A DNA stretch of 44,328 nucleotides. It comes from Minisyncoccota bacterium (GTDB taxonomy: Bacteria > Patescibacteriota > Minisyncoccia > Phycocordibacterales > UBA918). Numbering within the stretch: the stretch's first letter is position 1; each line of letters starts with the position of its first letter. Position numbers and translations under genes: made by a program. A model generated the notes under the pieces. That model was not told where the DNA came from. It saw nothing but the letters and a program-made list of their open reading frames with translations, and did no database searches. Positions 27,767 through 36,879 of this stretch are shown piece by piece. The DNA lies in NCBI GenBank assembly GCA_022841645.1, contig JALHRC010000009.1, forward strand, positions 1-44,328. The letters are read 5' to 3'.

Positions 27767-28617
27767 CCTATCTCCTCTTTGACATCGGTGGCACCTCCAC
27801 ACGGGTAGCGCTCTCGCGCGACCACGAAACATTGTCCGAGCACACCACTATCAAAACCATCAATGATTTTGATACGGGTATGAAGGCACTCATTGCCGCG
27901 GCCGAAGGGCTGGGAGTGGAAAAAGAGGAGGTGTATCTCATTGCGGGTGGTATCCGAGGCCTCTTATCCGACGACCGTGGTGGGATGCACAACGACGGTA
28001 TCCTCACTGGTTGGGCCGGGAAGTCGCTGGCGCGGGGTTTCAAAAAGCACTATGACGCACCGTTTGTACTGGAGAATGACACGGCCGTGGCTGGCCTCGG
28101 TGAAGCTCATTTTGGAGCAGGGAAGGGGAGTAGCATCGTAGCGTACCATACGGTCTCTACGGGTGTGGGTGGTGTGAAGGTGGTTGACGGGCGGCTTGAT
28201 CCGGCGACGATTGGTTTTGAACCAGGCCACCAAGTGCTCGATATCGACCGCACTATCCTCGGCGATGATATTGAACCAACGCTCGAGAACCTGGTTTCTG
28301 GTACCGGCCTCGAGTCGCGCATGGGCACGAAGCCAAAGGAAATACCGCAAGAGGATGTCATCTGGGACGAGCTCGCTTCATACCTCGCGCAAGGTCTTAA
28401 AAACACCGTGCTCTACTGGTCGCCTGAGGTAATCGTGCTCGGCGGCTCGATGATCATTGGTGATCCGAAAATTCCGCTGCCTGCTATTCGTAAGTATACG
28501 GTCGAGGCACTCGATGGCTTTGTCGACTGCCCACTTATTACGACAGCGGCTCTGGGCGATAGCGCTGGCCTCTGGGGCGCTCTCTCCCTGGCCCGTCAAT
28601 ACGAGGAGGTGGAGTAA
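27763..28617 (+). CDS. ROK family sugar kinase
   Basis: FDIGGT, LENDT, TVSTGVGG, EPGH. Confidence 0.92.
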   Translation: MTYLLFDIGGTSTRVALSRDHETLSEHTTIKTINDFDTGMKALIAAAEGLGVEKEEVYLIAGGIRGLLSDDRGGMHNDGILTGWAGKSLARGFKKHYDAPFVLENDTAVAGLGEAHFGAGKGSSIVAYHTVSTGVGGVKVVDGRLDPATIGFEPGHQVLDIDRTILGDDIEPTLENLVSGTGLESRMGTKPKEIPQEDVIWDELASYLAQGLKNTVLYWSPEVIVLGGSMIIGDPKIPLPAIRKYTVEALDGFVDCPLITTAALGDSAGLWGALSLARQYEEVE

Positions 28618-28688
28618 GTTCATTTTGCATTTTGTTATGGCTCGCAGCATAGGTTCTGGCACTTAGTACATCAGATACAATAGACCAC

Positions 28689-29084
28689 GTGAATAAAACC
28701 GTAGAGCGATTTTTAAAATATACGGCAGTAGGATTCTCAACTTTTTTGCTGGATTTGTTTCTTCTGTATGTACTGACAGACGTCTTTTTAATCAATTATG
28801 TTCTCTCTGCCGGGCTAGCATTTTTAATCGCCGTTTCGTTTAACTACTTTGTTAGTCGTAAGGTGGTGTTTAGTCAGACTGCTCGACCACTCGTGGAAGG
28901 GTACTATGGGTTCATTGCTATTGCTGGGGTCGGCGTAGTGGTTGTCATGGGACTCATGTTTGCAGCCGTATCAGTGCTTGGATGGCACTACCTTACTTCC
29001 AGAGTACTAATTGCTGGGATTGTCGGTATCTGGAACTATTTAATGAACCTGTTTTTCAACTTCAAGGTGGCGGGAAAGCACTAG
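28689..29084 (+). CDS. GtrA family protein
   Basis: RFLKYTAVG, FNYFVSRKVVF, four TM helices. Confidence 0.9.
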   Translation: MNKTVERFLKYTAVGFSTFLLDLFLLYVLTDVFLINYVLSAGLAFLIAVSFNYFVSRKVVFSQTARPLVEGYYGFIAIAGVGVVVVMGLMFAAVSVLGWHYLTSRVLIAGIVGIWNYLMNLFFNFKVAGKH

Positions 29085-29192
29085 CGTGTGAATGACTCAG
29101 TATGAGCTTTCAATAAACAAGTTCCCCCGAGCCCTCTGGTGGCTCGGGGGAAGGCGGGGTGGGAGATCGTCATGTGGTGGCCTAATAAAGGG

Positions 29193-29540
29193 TCACATCA
29201 CAGCATAGAAGTAGTGAAAGAAGATACTCTCAGCCACAATGCGATGTAGGTAAGTCGGCGGGGCCTTTGCCCAAATGAACACGAGATTACTCTCGCCAGA
29301 CGCTTTCTTAATCACAAGATCTGGCTCCTTGTCATTCCGTCGTCCGCCGTGAGGAGAAAACCAGAGCTCGAGCGTACTGTCGTCCCATTTACGGCCTGAT
29401 CGGCGCATTATGTATACCTTCATCCCATCAGGGAAAGGTATGCCAGACACTGAAAGCGGCTGTGCTTCCGTCTCAATGCGCCTCTTGGTCCCTACAGGCA
29501 GGTCTGCTGGTAGTTCTATGGAGTGATGAGCTCCGTCCAT
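29193..29540 (-). CDS. Hypothetical protein
   Basis: 115-aa ORF with GGGAG RBS. Confidence 0.5.
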   Translation of the reverse strand: MDGAHHSIELPADLPVGTKRRIETEAQPLSVSGIPFPDGMKVYIMRRSGRKWDDSTLELWFSPHGGRRNDKEPDLVIKKASGESNLVFIWAKAPPTYLHRIVAESIFFHYFYAVM

Positions 29541-29667
29541 TTCTCGATTCTCCCGTGCTGTCTAAAAGCTAACATTACTAGATTTGGGCTTAATTTGTAA
29601 GGGCCAAAAATGTATAAATTCACGGCTTAAAATAAGGCTATCTATGCAAAATAAGGGCCAAGATGTA

Positions 29668-29696
29668 TTGACAAACAGGCATAAATATGCTATCAT
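29668..29696 (+). promoter_or_regulatory. Sigma70 promoter
   Basis: TTGACA-17 nt-TATCAT with an extended TG. Confidence 0.7.
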
Positions 29697-29807
29697 AAAG
29701 AAAATCCGCGGTCTGTGATAGGATAGTGCGGTCATCGGTGACGGGCGGCCCAAGGCTCCTCTAACCCGATGTTTGCTAGTTAAGACAGTTGGCTTATTTT
29801 ATCGACA

Positions 29808-30230
29808 GTGATTCTCGCGGTTATGATGGCTGCTTCGGCAACTACCATCACCCCGCCTGAAACCGAGTTCGGTACGATTGCCGTCGCCGAAGCACAGGAG
29901 AGCACGGCAGCCACTGCCTCGGACGAGGTAATTGTCCGCTCCTACTTCCGCGACATCCCGATCATGGCCGAGATTGCTCGTTGTGAATCGACCTTCCGCC
30001 ACACGGTATCGAATGGTACCGTGCTCCGTGGACGAGTTGATAACGACGACACTGGAGTGATGCAGATCAACTACCGTTACCACGGCAAGAAGGCTGCAGA
30101 GCTCAAGCTCGACCTTGAAGACATCTACCACAACATGGCCTACGCCCGCTATCTCTACGAGACGCAGGGCACCCAGCCCTGGAGCGCATCGGCTCCTTGC
30201 TGGAACAAGAGGGTCGCCGCTAATATCTAA
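29808..30230 (+). CDS. Lytic transglycosylase/lysozyme-like secreted protein
   Basis: IARCES (candidate catalytic Glu), GVMQIN, N..YA..LY...G..PW. Confidence 0.8.
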   Translation: MILAVMMAASATTITPPETEFGTIAVAEAQESTAATASDEVIVRSYFRDIPIMAEIARCESTFRHTVSNGTVLRGRVDNDDTGVMQINYRYHGKKAAELKLDLEDIYHNMAYARYLYETQGTQPWSASAPCWNKRVAANI

Positions 30231-30347
30231 AGACAACAAACAGCGCCCGCAAGGGCGCTGTTTGTGTATTTGTCTACCATATAAAAAAGCACCCCGAAGG
30301 TTTCCCTCCGGGGTAGGTACGAGGCGCTGATGCACGAACGTGGTCGC

Positions 30348-30797
30348 TCAAGTGACCAGTTCTGGTTGTTCTTCGTGCTGTCGCCAGCTCCTTACGTAGT
30401 GGCAGGCCCCTCTCAGGAGTTCATTGAATTCCGGGAGTCCCCGAACCCTTTCTATCCCCGTAGGGTGGCTGGTAGATAGATAGACGGTGCTGCTCGCGAC
30501 GTGTAGGTCGAATTGTAGTACTCGGAGCGGCAAGCCGTTCCGATGCGCCGACACGAAGATCGAACAGCATCCGTGGTTGTCTTGGTTGACGATGACCACC
30601 AGTCCCCTAGCTTCCTTCTTGCCCCCGGCCCGCGACCACCGGTTTTCGGACGCTGCCTCGGTGAGTGCTTGTTTCGCAGCTTCACCGAGTACCTTCTGGG
30701 TGCGTAGGTGATCAGGCCCTTTAGGCGCGACTACAGCTGTCGTTATCGGGCTTTTGAAGAAAAGCCCGATAAACGGGCCAAGTAAAGAACGCATCAT
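30348..30797 (-). CDS. Hypothetical protein
   Basis: 149-aa ORF with GAGGGG RBS and an AT-rich upstream region. Confidence 0.55.
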   Translation of the reverse strand: MMRSLLGPFIGLFFKSPITTAVVAPKGPDHLRTQKVLGEAAKQALTEAASENRWSRAGGKKEARGLVVIVNQDNHGCCSIFVSAHRNGLPLRVLQFDLHVASSTVYLSTSHPTGIERVRGLPEFNELLRGACHYVRSWRQHEEQPELVT

Positions 30798-30915
30798 CGA
30801 TCCCCCTCAGGAATGAATCAGACTATATATAACATATTACATAGAAAAGTCAATAAATACACAGCCCCACGGCACAGGAGTGCCGTGGGGCTGTACACGA
30901 ATAAATGAAGTGAAT

Positions 30916-31380
30916 TTAGAAGCGTGAAGCTTGCGCTGAAGGCATTGGAGCAGCGCCGCCACCAAGCTTCCAGCCCTCGCCCGGGCCATAGGCCATAGCG
31001 TAGAGGAGGCCGCCAATAATAGCTAGATTTTTAAATAGTCCCATGTCCCAGCCAAATGGGCCACCTTCAGAAGCTCCAAGGTGGAAAGCGAGTGAAGCAA
31101 CAATAGTAAACCCAATGAGCGCCCCTGCAGCGAGCCCGGTGCGATAGCCAAGCATAAGGGCGCCACCACCAAGGATTTTTACTGCGACCACGAGCCAGGC
31201 GAGTAAGGTGGCAGTAGGGAGCCCGGTCTCGCCAATCATCGCTGCTACACCTACAACACTCCCTGTTCCAAAAAGAATGTTAAGTCCAGAGATTAAAAAC
31301 ATGCCGCCCATTAAGACGCGGGCAAGCAGCAGTCCATAGCTGCGGAGCATAACACGATGTGATTCTTGCATCATCAACAT
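30916..31380 (-). CDS. DoxX family membrane protein
   Basis: LLARVLMG.MFL.SG, FKNLAIIGGLL, GPG. Confidence 0.9.
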   Translation of the reverse strand: MLMMQESHRVMLRSYGLLLARVLMGGMFLISGLNILFGTGSVVGVAAMIGETGLPTATLLAWLVVAVKILGGGALMLGYRTGLAAGALIGFTIVASLAFHLGASEGGPFGWDMGLFKNLAIIGGLLYAMAYGPGEGWKLGGGAAPMPSAQASRF

Positions 31381-31454
31381 ACGATTGAAGTTTTAGCTAA
31401 ATAGGTGAGGGTAGGGAAGTCCATTTCCCTCATATATCTAGTATACTCCTTCCC

Positions 31455-31937
31455 GTGAGTGCAAAATCCACCACGGTGCGTTACTGGCTGTTTAAGAGTG
31501 AACCGAAGGTGTTTGGGATTGAGCATTTGCGGCGCAAAGGAGTAGCTACGTGGGACGGGGTGCGCAACTATCAGGTACGTAATTTACTACGTAGTGAAGT
31601 GAGGGTAGGGGATAGAGCGTTGTTTTATCATAGTAGTACCAAGGATGTGGGGGTGGCGGGCGAGATGGAGGTGGTGAGTGAGGCCTTCCCGGATCCGCTC
31701 CAGTTTGACCCGAAGAGTGACTATTTTGATAAGGGAAGCACCAAGGCCGCGCCACGATGGCTTGCTGTGAAGATGAAGTATCTACGTACCTTTAAGCGCT
31801 TGGTACCGCTGGCAGAATTACGCACCGACCAACAGTTAAAAAATATGCGCACGCTGGTGCGCGGCAACCGACTTTCGATTACTGAAGTTACAAAGAGTGA
31901 GTATGAGAAAATTTGTCTCTTAGGCAATGCTGTATAG
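31455..31937 (+). CDS. EVE domain protein
   Basis: YWLFKSEP, WDGVRNYQ.RN, FYHS, RLSI. Confidence 0.95.
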   Translation: MSAKSTTVRYWLFKSEPKVFGIEHLRRKGVATWDGVRNYQVRNLLRSEVRVGDRALFYHSSTKDVGVAGEMEVVSEAFPDPLQFDPKSDYFDKGSTKAAPRWLAVKMKYLRTFKRLVPLAELRTDQQLKNMRTLVRGNRLSITEVTKSEYEKICLLGNAV

Positions 31938-31958
31938 GTGCTATAATTTCTTTTCCAA

Positions 31959-32489
31959 ATGAAATGTATTGTATACATTGATGGAAATAATTTGTATCGA
32001 TCAGCCAAAGAGCTTGGCTTTCGTGTTAATTACCGAAACTTTAAGAATTGGCTACATCAGAAGTATCAACCAACGTCGGTATATTTATTTATTGGTTTTG
32101 TCCCCTCTCAGACCGTTTTTTATCAACGTTTGCAGGAGTGTGGTTTTATCCTTGTTTTTAAGCAAACAGTTCTAGTCGGTGGTGTTGTAAAGGGCAACTG
32201 CGATGCTGAGCTTGTGTTAAAAGTAACATCAGACTTTTATGAGAAGAAGTTTGATAGTTGCGTAGTCGTTACTGGAGATGGCGACTTCGGGTGTCTGGTT
32301 GAGTTTTTAAGCAATGCAAAAATTCGCGTTCTCATTTTGGCCCCATCAAAGAAGAAGTGCTCATTCTTGCTGCGCAACAAAAACATCCCAATAACGTTTC
32401 TGGACGAACTCTACCAAAAGTTTTCAAAAGACATGAAAGAAAAAGCCCCCGGTGCAGACGAGTCTGTACAAGGGTCTCTTTCATCGTGA
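31959..32489 (+). CDS. NYN domain (LabA/DUF88, PIN-like) protein
   Basis: YIDGNNL, KGNCDAEL, VTGDGDF; noticeably AT-rich. Confidence 0.93.
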   Translation: MKCIVYIDGNNLYRSAKELGFRVNYRNFKNWLHQKYQPTSVYLFIGFVPSQTVFYQRLQECGFILVFKQTVLVGGVVKGNCDAELVLKVTSDFYEKKFDSCVVVTGDGDFGCLVEFLSNAKIRVLILAPSKKKCSFLLRNKNIPITFLDELYQKFSKDMKEKAPGADESVQGSLSS

Positions 32490-32496
32490 TGAATAC

Positions 32497-32524
32497 ATTA
32501 TATGCGCTGCAATACAAATGTCAA
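32497..32524 (-). promoter_or_regulatory. Consensus sigma70 promoter antisense to the NYN gene
   Basis: Minus strand TTGACA (32524-32519), 16 nt, TATAAT (32502-32497). Confidence 0.7.
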
Positions 32525-32550
32525 TCGAGCAATGAGGTACATAGAAAAAT

Positions 32551-33357
32551 ATGAAAATCGGGTTATTTGATTCGGGACTGGGGGGACTCACCATTTTGCG
32601 GGCGGTCGCGAAGGCATTGCCCGAGCATTCGTACGTGTACTATGGCGACACGGCAAACTTGCCCTACGGTGATAAAACCGAAGACGAGATTTATCGCTTT
32701 TCGGTAGCCGCTATGGACTACCTTTTTGGAGAGGGGTGCGCGCTGGTGGTTATTGCCTGCAACACCGCTTCGGCCGAAACGTTGCGTCGGCTGCAAGATG
32801 AATATTTGCCCGCGCACTACCCACAGCGGCGCATTCTGGGGGTGATCATTCCCACTATCGAAAACATGATTTCTGATAATGTCAAGGAAGCGCTCCTTTT
32901 GGCTACTAAACGTACGGTGGATTCAGGCAAGTACGAACGGGAATTAGCAAAACGTGGCTACCCACTAGTACTCCATGCGGTTGCTACACCAGGGCTCGTG
33001 CCTCTCATCGAAGCGGGGCAGGGAAGTGTGGCGGCTGAGACGGCCAAAGGATACATTAAAGAGGCCTTAGTGACCCATCCAGCAATCACTCACGTGATTC
33101 TTGGCTGTACCCACTACACCGAGCTAAAGGATGCTTTGCGAGAGTTATTTGGCAATCGGCTGACCTTTTTATCGCAGGACGAAATTATTCCCGAAAAATT
33201 ACGTGTGTACGTGGGCGCGCATCCTGAGTTGATGGAGGTCGTACCCGAGGAGGGAAGGGGAGCAGCTACTCGGACCATTCATTTGACAGCCCACCGACCT
33301 GATTATGATCGGATCACGGCACAGTTACTCGGTGGGGTGATGGTGCAGGATGAGTAA
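32551..33357 (+). CDS. murI: Glutamate racemase
   Basis: FDSGLGGL, PYG.K, IACNTAS, LGCTHY. Confidence 0.97.
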   Translation: MKIGLFDSGLGGLTILRAVAKALPEHSYVYYGDTANLPYGDKTEDEIYRFSVAAMDYLFGEGCALVVIACNTASAETLRRLQDEYLPAHYPQRRILGVIIPTIENMISDNVKEALLLATKRTVDSGKYERELAKRGYPLVLHAVATPGLVPLIEAGQGSVAAETAKGYIKEALVTHPAITHVILGCTHYTELKDALRELFGNRLTFLSQDEIIPEKLRVYVGAHPELMEVVPEEGRGAATRTIHLTAHRPDYDRITAQLLGGVMVQDE

Positions 33358-33430
33358 CACTTGTTGTATAGTAACACTTGTTGTATTTTTTATTGGTGTT
33401 GTGATAGCAAAAGCGAAGGAGGCGCCGCTG

Positions 33431-33664
33431 ATGATCGGGAGTGTTTTTGTTCTAGTGCTACTCCAGTGTCTTCGAGGCACTGACAGTTGCACTTGGTCAC
33501 ATGTGTACCTGCCAAGTGCACGTACAGAGGCCGAATGTGCACAAATGGCAACAATACTTGTACCGTTACTTACACCCAGGACTCACCTAACAGAACGGTG
33601 GGAGTGTGAGTGGGTAAGGCTTGAGCAGATGCCTGGCCAAGTTAGATTGGCAAAGGTGAACTGA
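33431..33664 (+). CDS. Small hypothetical Cys-containing exported protein
   Basis: AAGGAGG RBS, ATG 33431, hydrophobic N-terminus, hairpin at about 33682-33703. Confidence 0.45.
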   Translation: MIGSVFVLVLLQCLRGTDSCTWSHVYLPSARTEAECAQMATILVPLLTPRTHLTERWECEWVRLEQMPGQVRLAKVN

Positions 33665-33727
33665 AATTCACAGGATGCTGAGCCGTGCCCGCAAGGGCAC
33701 GGCAATGTGTATTTTGAACGTGGTGAA

Positions 33728-34684
33728 CTACTTCTTTAATGGGTGAAACTTACGATGCGAGTCTTCGGCGTAGCGGTCTGACGCGTGGACGTAGCGCGTG
33801 GTGGTCTCGAGTGACTCGTGGCCAAGGAGGACCTGGATGGCGGCCGGGTTCGCGCCTTGCTCGGCCAGGTAGGTGGCAAAGCCGTGGCGCAGAGAGTGGG
33901 CGCTCGTTTTAATACTCATACCAAGGTACTCACGGTACCATTTGATTTTCATTTGCACGTAGTTTGGTGAAATGTGCCTCTTTTTGTTGGCGGCATTGAG
34001 TCCACGCTCAGCCACAAAAATAAACGGGTTGTCGTCGTCACGTAGCTTGAGGTAATCGCGGATGTGACCCTCGGCACGAGGAGTGAGGTAGATGAAGCGA
34101 CGCTTGCGGCCCTTGCCTTCAACAAAGATTTTTCCCGTGTGGTCGAGCTGATTGCGCCGTAGGCTAATGAGCTCTGAGATACGCATACCACTCGCAAACA
34201 GCGTTTCGAGCATGGCGCGATTACGCTTTGCTACAAACTCTTCCTTCTCGACGTCGCTGGGGCACTCGATCAATTTGATCATTTCTTCAAACTCAGCAAT
34301 TTGTCCATGCTGCTTACCCATGCGCAGGAGCTTGATGGAGGTGGGTGGGACAGGGACTTCCTCATCCATGTCGAGGAGGAAGTTAAGATAGCGGCGGAGT
34401 GACGTGAGGTGGCGATTGATGGAGCCGCTTTTGAGCTTCACTTCAGATTCCTGCCCCCCCGAGGTCTTGCGGGTGGGGGAGTTGAGGTAGGCCTTGTACT
34501 GCTCGATAGTCTTTTTGGTCATTTTGCTAAACGAGAGTCCGCCAAGTTCGTCGTGAAGAAAATGCGCAAACGAGTCGAGGTCGCGCTCGTAGTTGTAGAG
34601 CGTTTCGTGCGAGTAGTTATTTGCCTGAATGTGCAGCAGAAAATCGTCGATGAGAGGGAGGTGGTTTTTGGGAGATGTAGACAT
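33728..34684 (-). CDS. Xer-family tyrosine recombinase
   Basis: N-terminal SAM-like domain (YS.ET..NY..DL), SGMRISEL, GKGRKRR, HSLRHGFAT, LLGHESLETTTRY. Confidence 0.95.
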   Translation of the reverse strand: MSTSPKNHLPLIDDFLLHIQANNYSHETLYNYERDLDSFAHFLHDELGGLSFSKMTKKTIEQYKAYLNSPTRKTSGGQESEVKLKSGSINRHLTSLRRYLNFLLDMDEEVPVPPTSIKLLRMGKQHGQIAEFEEMIKLIECPSDVEKEEFVAKRNRAMLETLFASGMRISELISLRRNQLDHTGKIFVEGKGRKRRFIYLTPRAEGHIRDYLKLRDDDNPFIFVAERGLNAANKKRHISPNYVQMKIKWYREYLGMSIKTSAHSLRHGFATYLAEQGANPAAIQVLLGHESLETTTRYVHASDRYAEDSHRKFHPLKK

Positions 34685-34714
34685 AGGGAAGGGCCTATTT
34701 AGTAGTTACTAGTA

Positions 34715-34742
34715 ACTGAGTATAATAACTCTAATACTCAGT
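34715..34742. other. Candidate dif-like recombination site or recombinase operator
   Basis: actgagtataa-taactc-taatactcagt: 11-6-11 with arms inverted at 10/11, 30 bp upstream of the recombinase start. Confidence 0.55.
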
Positions 34743-35017
34743 ATTATAGCAAAAATAATGCTCCTTCTCACAATTGTCCCCAGGGCGCTTTAGAAGCGCT
34801 GGGTGCCTGGTGATGATATTCACTTTGAATAGATGGGGTTGTTCTTCGTACACTACGGTGCACACCCTATTTAGTAAGTTTGTTGCCAGCGCTGTTGGTG
34901 GTCGACTTGTGGCCTACATGTATGTTTTGATGCGACCTTAGGGCTGTTCATACGTACCTTCCTTTTATCGTACTTCTGTTGTATTGTGTGCAGTACCCAG
35001 AAGGAGGAGGGAACGAC

Positions 35018-35350
35018 ATGGGTGGTTTGGGGAGGTTGTTTATGGATCAGAGGGATGCGGCTGCTGCAGCACTGCCGGTGCAGCGGTTCGCTCAGCTTGT
35101 GGCTGATGCGGACGGCCACACCATCATCGTGGTCGATACCGCGATGAGTCCTGATGCCAAGATGCTGTACGAGCATCTGGCGGTCCCGGGTGTGGAGGCG
35201 AACTACCCGAATATTGGCTTCAAGGTCGAGGTTAGGGTCGGGTGGTACCTTTCGGGTCGACGCTGGATTCAGTACTACGCGTGCGGCGTGCTGACTGTCA
35301 CGATCCGTGCTGATGTCGGTGAGCCTGCTGAGACAATGCGGTTCAAATAG
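35018..35350 (+). CDS. Hypothetical protein
   Basis: Strong AGGAGG RBS, ATG 35018, hairpin after the stop. Confidence 0.6.
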   Translation: MGGLGRLFMDQRDAAAAALPVQRFAQLVADADGHTIIVVDTAMSPDAKMLYEHLAVPGVEANYPNIGFKVEVRVGWYLSGRRWIQYYACGVLTVTIRADVGEPAETMRFK

Positions 35351-35568
35351 CGCCGCCCGAAGGAAGCCCCCGATATGTATCGACCGCTTCCCTCGGGCGG
35401 CTTTCCTTTAGTCGAGTCTGTAAGTGTTTGTATTCAATCCCCTCTCTTTTTATCACAAAGTATCGGAGTAAATTTTCTAATCAAACCCCTTCCCTAGTTC
35501 CGTAGAATCATCGAGATGGTCGCTATAGCCGCTGAGGTAAAGAGACGTCACGAAGGGCACTCCTAAAT

Positions 35569-36879
35569 TTACGGAGTTGGCAGGTACAACATTGGGTCAA
35601 GGTAGGCCTCGGTAGCGGCTACTGGAGTAGAAGCTGGGCCACAAGAAGTAACTGTTTTGATTTCATTAAATTGACGTACCGTCACACCCTCTTTGGCGTA
35701 GACCGTGAAGTGAAGGTGCGGTCCGGTTGAGTAGCCGGTATTGCCGCTGTAGCCGATAATTTCACCAGTCGTGACTCTTTGTCCAGGCGTAACACTAATA
35801 GTATCTTGGTGTGCGTAAAGCGTGGAAAGGCCATTGGCGTGATCGATCAGTGTCCATTTACCCCAGGAGTAACAGCCGGGTACGATGTCGGTGTTCCCCG
35901 TGGCGCGCACGGTACCAGCGAGGGGCGCGTAGATAGCGGTCCCGCGCGGCACGCCGAAGTCGACCCCTGGGTGGTAGGCGCGGCCGCCGTAGATGCCGGG
36001 ATTGCGCTTCGCGAACTCGGAGCCACCGAAGTATTGAGTTATGACTATATTTTTAAGCGGCCAATCAAAGACGCGCGTTCCAGCAGCTGGAATGGTGTTG
36101 GGGTCGAGAATAAATTGCAGTTTCGCCTCGAAGTCTCGCAGTTCTTTTACAATCTGTTCGCGCGCAGCTTGGCGCTCGGAAAGAAGTAATTGATAGTTGG
36201 CCTCTTCACTTTTGGTTACCTCGAGCAGTTTGGCTCGTTCAGCTGCGTTGTTGGCGAGAACCGTTGTTTGATCAGAGTACTGATTTTTTAGGTCTACCAG
36301 GCTGTCGCGCTTGGTGGTTGTCTGCGCGCGCTTTTCTTCAAGCAACCGATGGAACCCGTCGAGTTCTTCTACTTTACCTGACATACTATTACGAATACTC
36401 TCATGTGCTTCGTAGGCACTCCAGAAATCGGACAGACGGGCGGTGCGCAGGATGAGCTCGACGAGCGAGTCGTCACCGGCTTGGTACTGCGAACGAATGG
36501 TCTCACTGATACCTTCGCTCACCTCCGCCACTTCCCTCTCGGTGCGCTCGATTTCTAGGATGAGTTTGTTGATCTCTAGGTCGGTGGCACTGATGAGGTT
36601 TTCCGTGCGAGCAATTTCAGCCGTGAGCTTCTTGCGCTCGAGCTCGAGGGAGGCAATGGCGTTTTGCAGCGTTTTCTTCTCGGCCCCGACGGCTTTGAGA
36701 TCTTCGGTAAATTTGGCAATCTCCTTTTCAATCTCGAGGAGACGCGAACTGCGGTCTTGGATTTGGTTTTGTAAACGCTCAATCTCGGTCTGCGCGTACA
36801 CGGGTAAAACAGCGGCTGTAAGACTGAGAAGTGGCAGCAGTAGAAGACCTACAAGAAAACCGGCGAGGCTACGAAGCAT
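35569..36879 (-). CDS. Coiled-coil plus M23 peptidase (EnvC/MepM-like murein hydrolase or activator)
   Basis: Signal peptide, long coiled coil, HPGVD, YAH, TGPHLHF; ATG 36879 chosen. Confidence 0.92.
   Translation of the reverse strand: MLRSLAGFLVGLLLLPLLSLTAAVLPVYAQTEIERLQNQIQDRSSRLLEIEKEIAKFTEDLKAVGAEKKTLQNAIASLELERKKLTAEIARTENLISATDLEINKLILEIERTEREVAEVSEGISETIRSQYQAGDDSLVELILRTARLSDFWSAYEAHESIRNSMSGKVEELDGFHRLLEEKRAQTTTKRDSLVDLKNQYSDQTTVLANNAAERAKLLEVTKSEEANYQLLLSERQAAREQIVKELRDFEAKLQFILDPNTIPAAGTRVFDWPLKNIVITQYFGGSEFAKRNPGIYGGRAYHPGVDFGVPRGTAIYAPLAGTVRATGNTDIVPGCYSWGKWTLIDHANGLSTLYAHQDTISVTPGQRVTTGEIIGYSGNTGYSTGPHLHFTVYAKEGVTVRQFNEIKTVTSCGPASTPVAATEAYLDPMLYLPTP

Noticed and set aside
33058-33067. 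Match to the reverse complement of one spacer B (aaagaggcct, in murI); also a 9-nt match aaggtttac near 14352
   Set aside because: The partner spacer is not adjacent, and a few 9-10 nt hits are expected by chance with about 40 spacers over both strands of 44 kb. My search for self-targets was by eye and not exhaustive.
34750-35560. Possible tRNA or prophage attachment region next to the tyrosine recombinase
   Set aside because: No cloverleaf or T-loop motif seen and no phage genes; the recombinase looks like a housekeeping Xer.
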